Positions 28,868 through 32,000 of a stretch of DNA of 32,000 nt are shown in pieces. The notes below the pieces were generated by a model that searched no databases, was not told the origin of the DNA, and saw nothing but the letters and a program-made list of their open reading frames with translations. This DNA is from Pyrobaculum aerophilum str. IM2 (GTDB taxonomy: Archaea > Thermoproteota > Thermoprotei > Thermoproteales > Thermoproteaceae): the NCBI RefSeq assembly GCF_000007225.1, contig NC_003364.1, positions 1,080,001 to 1,112,000 on the forward strand, read 5' to 3'. Each line of letters begins with the position of its first letter. Position 1 is the first letter of the stretch. The position numbers and the translations under genes were made by a program.

Positions 28868-29605
28868 ATGCGCAGTAGAGATTTAGAGAAGAGGCTCGTC
28901 CAGTACCTCTTTTATAAACACCACGACTTAAACACAACGCTTCGTAAAATCTCTAGGGAGTTGCAAATGCCGTACAGCACTGTGAGGGATGTCGTGCAGA
29001 GGCTTGAGGCTGAGGGCGTTGTGTATGTGCTCAGGCTGGAGAGAGAGCACGTGGTGAGGCTTAAGGACGTCTCAAAGGCGCTGGAGAGGGGCTATTTAAC
29101 GCCTGAAATGTTGTTCAGAGAGTTCGGCTACACTACGCCCTTAGCGGCTAGGAAAAACGGCGTTTATATAGGCGACGAGCTGTTCCTCACCTTGCCCTTT
29201 AAAATAAGGCGGCACGAGGCCTTTGATAAATTAATAGAGCTGGAGCTTAAGTCCCGCCAATTTGCAGATCCCTACTTGGCGGGGCTTGGGGAGTGGCCCC
29301 GGCTGAGCCTCTTGTTTTACAGAGCTGTCCTCACGCCGGACGACAACTTGAGGCGGAGGTGGCTCGCGGAGAGGGGGCTGGAGAGCTTGGGGTACTACGA
29401 GCCGGCTTACGGGTTTTTCGCATTTCTCTTATACGCTCTTAGAAAAACCCTCGGAGTAGACTGGGAGGAGGCCTACTGCAAGGCACTGGGGCTTGTGGGG
29501 GAGTATATAAAAGAGACGAGGGCGGGCGAGAGCCCCGTTGAAGGGCTAGTCGACGAAGTTCTCAGAAATATGAGAAAAATATGTGAAAGCGTAGGAAGGC
29601 CATAG
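28868..29605 (+). CDS. hypothetical protein with N-terminal winged-helix DNA-binding domain
   Basis: 245 aa. HTH-like LRKISRELQMPYSTVRDVVQRLEAEGVVYVL. The remainder is unrecognised. Confidence 0.6.
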   Translation: MRSRDLEKRLVQYLFYKHHDLNTTLRKISRELQMPYSTVRDVVQRLEAEGVVYVLRLEREHVVRLKDVSKALERGYLTPEMLFREFGYTTPLAARKNGVYIGDELFLTLPFKIRRHEAFDKLIELELKSRQFADPYLAGLGEWPRLSLLFYRAVLTPDDNLRRRWLAERGLESLGYYEPAYGFFAFLLYALRKTLGVDWEEAYCKALGLVGEYIKETRAGESPVEGLVDEVLRNMRKICESVGRP

Positions 29606-29680
29606 AGCCATACACCTTGTGCGTGTAGGTACAATTTTTTGTACAGGACATAATTTTCAAGCTTATTTTGTGTAAAAGGC

Positions 29681-31270
29681 GTGGCGGCGCCTCGTGTTGC
29701 TAATGGGCGCAGGGGCGCCGGGGCTTTCAGCGGCGTGTTAAGGCGTTATTTTAAAAAGCATTTTGGGATCTCGCGCTGCTTTTAGCTCTTTGGGGGTTGA
29801 TGATTTGGCTGGGAGTTGAGCTGGCGCTTCTTGTCCAATACGTAGTGGACAGGATCGTCGCTGGGATAGTGCCGTGGGGCGGGCTTTTGGCAGTTGTGGG
29901 CATTGCCTCGGCGATTCCCCTAATTAATTTCCTCTCTGAATACAAGGCAAATGTGCTTTTGGGCGAGGTAACGCTCGACCTTTCCCACAGGATGGTCGTA
30001 TCTGCAATTAAAAGCGGCGGGGGTAGGGGCGAGGTTTTGTCTAGAATAAGCGGCGACGTTCTCAACGCCGCTATTTACTTGTTTTTTCCTGTGGACGTGG
30101 CGGTGGTTCTCGCCAGGCTTGCGGCGCAACTGGCGGCTTCTTTTTACATTTCCCCCGTGCTCACCCTAACGGCCTTGCCGCTAATAGCGCTTTACTTTTA
30201 CGTAGTCAGAAGAGTGGGGCCTGCCTTTCTCGCCTACGCCCAAAGGGAGAGGCTTCTCTACTCCGCGTGGTTTAAGAGGGCAAAGGAGGTGGTGGACGGG
30301 GCCCACAGCCTTTATAGAATGGGCGTGAGGGAGTTGCCTGGGGTATTGCTCAAGGCCACAGCTGAGTGGCTGTCTAGCTACAAAAAGCTCCAGCTCTACT
30401 CCAAGTCTCTAAACTTCGGCGCAAGCGCCATTGCCTTCGCCGCGCCGCACTTCGCACGGCTCTGGTGCTTTTCCTAACCCCCCCCCCTGGGGCTGTCCAC
30501 AGTGGGCTCTGCGGTGGCTGTGAGACACCTCTTAGCCGGGGTTTTTGAACCAGCGTCTCAGCTAATGGCTAAACTGAGCTCCTTTTACCAGTTCAAGGCG
30601 TCTTTTCAGAGAGTGGCCGAGCTAGTAGAGGGCTGGGCGGAGCCCCCCGCCGTAAAGCAAGGGACCAGCGTCGTCGTTAAAAACGCCGTGTTGGGCCACG
30701 GCGGTAGGGCGGTGTTACACGTCGAATCCCTCGTGCTTGAGCCTGGGGATTTCCTATGGATCAGGGGGCCCACCGGCGCCGGGAAGTCCACTCTGGGCAA
30801 GGCCATCGCAGGCCTTATAAAGCCCCTGGAGGGCTCCGTGGAGGCGCCGGAGGGCGCAATCTATATCGGCAATGACGATTATATCTCGACGGGACTGTGT
30901 ATGAAAACATCACGCTTTGGGAGGAATACCCGCGGGAGGAAGTGGAAAGGGCCGCGCGGCTCGCCCGCATAGAACTTCCCCCTGGATAAGCCGTGCGGCG
31001 AGGGGGGGATCAAGCCTCTCAGAGGGGCAGAGGCAGCGGGTAATAATGGCAAGGGCCCTCTTGAGGAGGCCCAGGTCGCTTGTCATGGGCGAAATTACGT
31101 CGGGGCTAAACGCAGAGGTGGAAGAGGAAGTGCTGGAGGCAGTTAAGAGGGAAGTGCCCATTGTCGTGGTGATATCCCACAGAGACACCGCTGGGAAATA
31201 CGCCAATAAAATCGTAGAGGTGAACAACGGCATTGTGCGCGTGGTGAAATGTGCAACGCCTCGGCCGTAA
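29681..31270 (+). pseudogene. ABC exporter (fused TMD-NBD) pseudogene with at least five reading-frame lesions
   Basis: The N-terminus GVLRRYFKKHF is read from GTG 29681 and is out of frame with FWDLALLLALWGLMIW at a T4 run (29761-29764). An in-frame TAA (30475-30477) abuts a C10 run (30478-30487). Walker A GPTGAGKST is present. The frame changes near 30889 (into GTVYENITLWEEYPREEVERAARLARIELPP), at C5 (30978-30982) and at G7 (31002-31008). The signature LSEGQRQRV is present. Walker B is degenerate (LVMGEITSGLN). Confidence 0.75.
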
Positions 31271-31314
31271 AAATTACTGGCCCTGTGACGTGAGGATCTT
31301 CGGCGGGGCTTTGG

Positions 31315-31393
31315 GGTGCTTGTGCCCCTTTCGGGGCCGCATCTCCCCTGCATTTCGTTCGGGCGGTGCTTGTGCCCCTTTCGGGGCCGCATC
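31315..31393 (+). repeat. two tandem copies (period 50 nt) of a 29-nt GC hairpin element
   Basis: GGTGCTTGTGCCCCTTTCGGGGCCGCATC occurs at 31315-31343 and again identically at 31365-31393. Each contains a GCCCC-TTTC-GGGGC stem-loop, which reads as a GAAA tetraloop on the minus strand. Confidence 0.8.
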
Positions 31394-31446
31394 CCCGCCT
31401 ACATACAATTAGGCAGATGCAGTAATTTATAAGCTTTTTTCACGTT

Positions 31447-31914
31447 GTGAAGCGAGTTGCCTTTGTGGACGAGTCTGGCCTCAAGTCGCCGTGTAGTTGC
31501 ATAGCCGTGGCTGTAGTGGTGGCTGAGGTGAGGGGTAGCTACCTATACTGGGGCCTTGACATCCTCTCCCAGCTGAAGGCGTCTGCGGGCGTTAAAGGGG
31601 AAATTAAGTGGAGGTTTGTGAAAAGGCGGGGTCTGGCGAGCCGGGCCTTGGCTCTTATAGGCAGTTTAGAGACGCATAGGGACGTCCACCATTATGTAGA
31701 CAGAGAGAGTTTTGAGGCGTGGCTGTGGCGGCTCTTGACTGGGATTAAAGCTGACTTGTACGTACTTGACGAGGGGCTGGCGGATCCGCGTAAATTTCCC
31801 CGTGCTGTTTCAAAGCCGTCGCATAAAGTGCCGGGAATTCAGCTTGCCGACCTTTTAGCAGGCTATACCGCGGAGTTATTTTGTAAACGTAGCCGGGGCT
31901 TTTCTCAGCCGTGA
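31447..31914 (+). CDS. DUF3800-like protein
   Basis: 155 codons with a GTG start about 20 nt after TAATTTATAAGC. An N-terminal VAFVDESG and a C-terminal GIQLADLLAGY resemble the DUF3800 motifs by eye. Confidence 0.6.
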   Translation: MKRVAFVDESGLKSPCSCIAVAVVVAEVRGSYLYWGLDILSQLKASAGVKGEIKWRFVKRRGLASRALALIGSLETHRDVHHYVDRESFEAWLWRLLTGIKADLYVLDEGLADPRKFPRAVSKPSHKVPGIQLADLLAGYTAELFCKRSRGFSQP

Positions 31915-32000
31915 AAGCCGGCGTGAGAGGGATGGCTGTTAGACGTTTTCAGCCTCCTCCGGCTTGACCACCCTTATCCCCATTTTCTCCGCCACTGCGA

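Noticed and set aside
30478-30487. Programmed frameshift or readthrough at the C10 run in the ABC gene
   Set aside because: The gene carries several additional independent frame lesions and a degenerate Walker B motif, so simple decay or sequencing error is more parsimonious than recoding.
31315-31393. Possible mini-CRISPR array
   Set aside because: There are only two repeats, a 21-nt spacer and no cas genes or leader in the window. The repeat does not resemble the ~24-25-nt Pyrobaculum repeats I recall.

Overview
This window looks like a Pyrobaculum-type (Thermoproteales) crenarchaeal chromosome segment. The 16S sequence and its 713-nt intron match what I recall for Pyrobaculum aerophilum. 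Most start codons sit about 20-25 nt downstream of TATA-like boxes, which fits leaderless mRNAs.

Layout:
(1) 0.1-9.4 kb holds tightly packed housekeeping genes: thyX plus a coupled unknown ORF, a membrane GT2 glycosyltransferase, class II lysS, an FAD oxidoreductase, a UbiD-family decarboxylase, and a ferritin-like/VIT1 transporter with a wHTH regulator.
(2) 9.4-15.0 kb holds a 16S-23S rRNA operon. There is no spacer tRNA and no 5S. The 16S carries a 713-nt intron encoding a double-motif LAGLIDADG protein. Three nested leader/spacer/trailer helices flank the rRNAs.
(3) 15.2-23.3 kb is an accessory block and the most interesting part. A 1004-codon secreted-looking ORF has a last ~400 codons with very different base composition and a NucS/PD-(D/E)xK-like nuclease motif. 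It is translationally coupled to two tandem 344-codon paralogs that share perfectly identical DNA tracts. These are followed by an ankyrin-repeat gene, a third diverged paralog and a small membrane protein. I read this block as a candidate polymorphic nuclease-toxin/immunity-like conflict locus. This is an inference, not a demonstration.
(4) 23.6-32 kb is a decaying accessory region. It has a coiled-coil + PD-(D/E)xK gene broken by an A-run frameshift and an exact 83-bp internal inversion, plus a truncated second copy. It also has a HepT/MNT toxin-antitoxin pair flanked by unusually long ORF-free GC-rich segments (candidate structured RNAs), an ICL/PEP-mutase-family enzyme coupled to a CBS protein, an ABC exporter pseudogene broken mostly at homopolymer runs, a 50-bp tandem hairpin repeat and a DUF3800-like gene.

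All family assignments are by-eye motif recognition; no searches were run.
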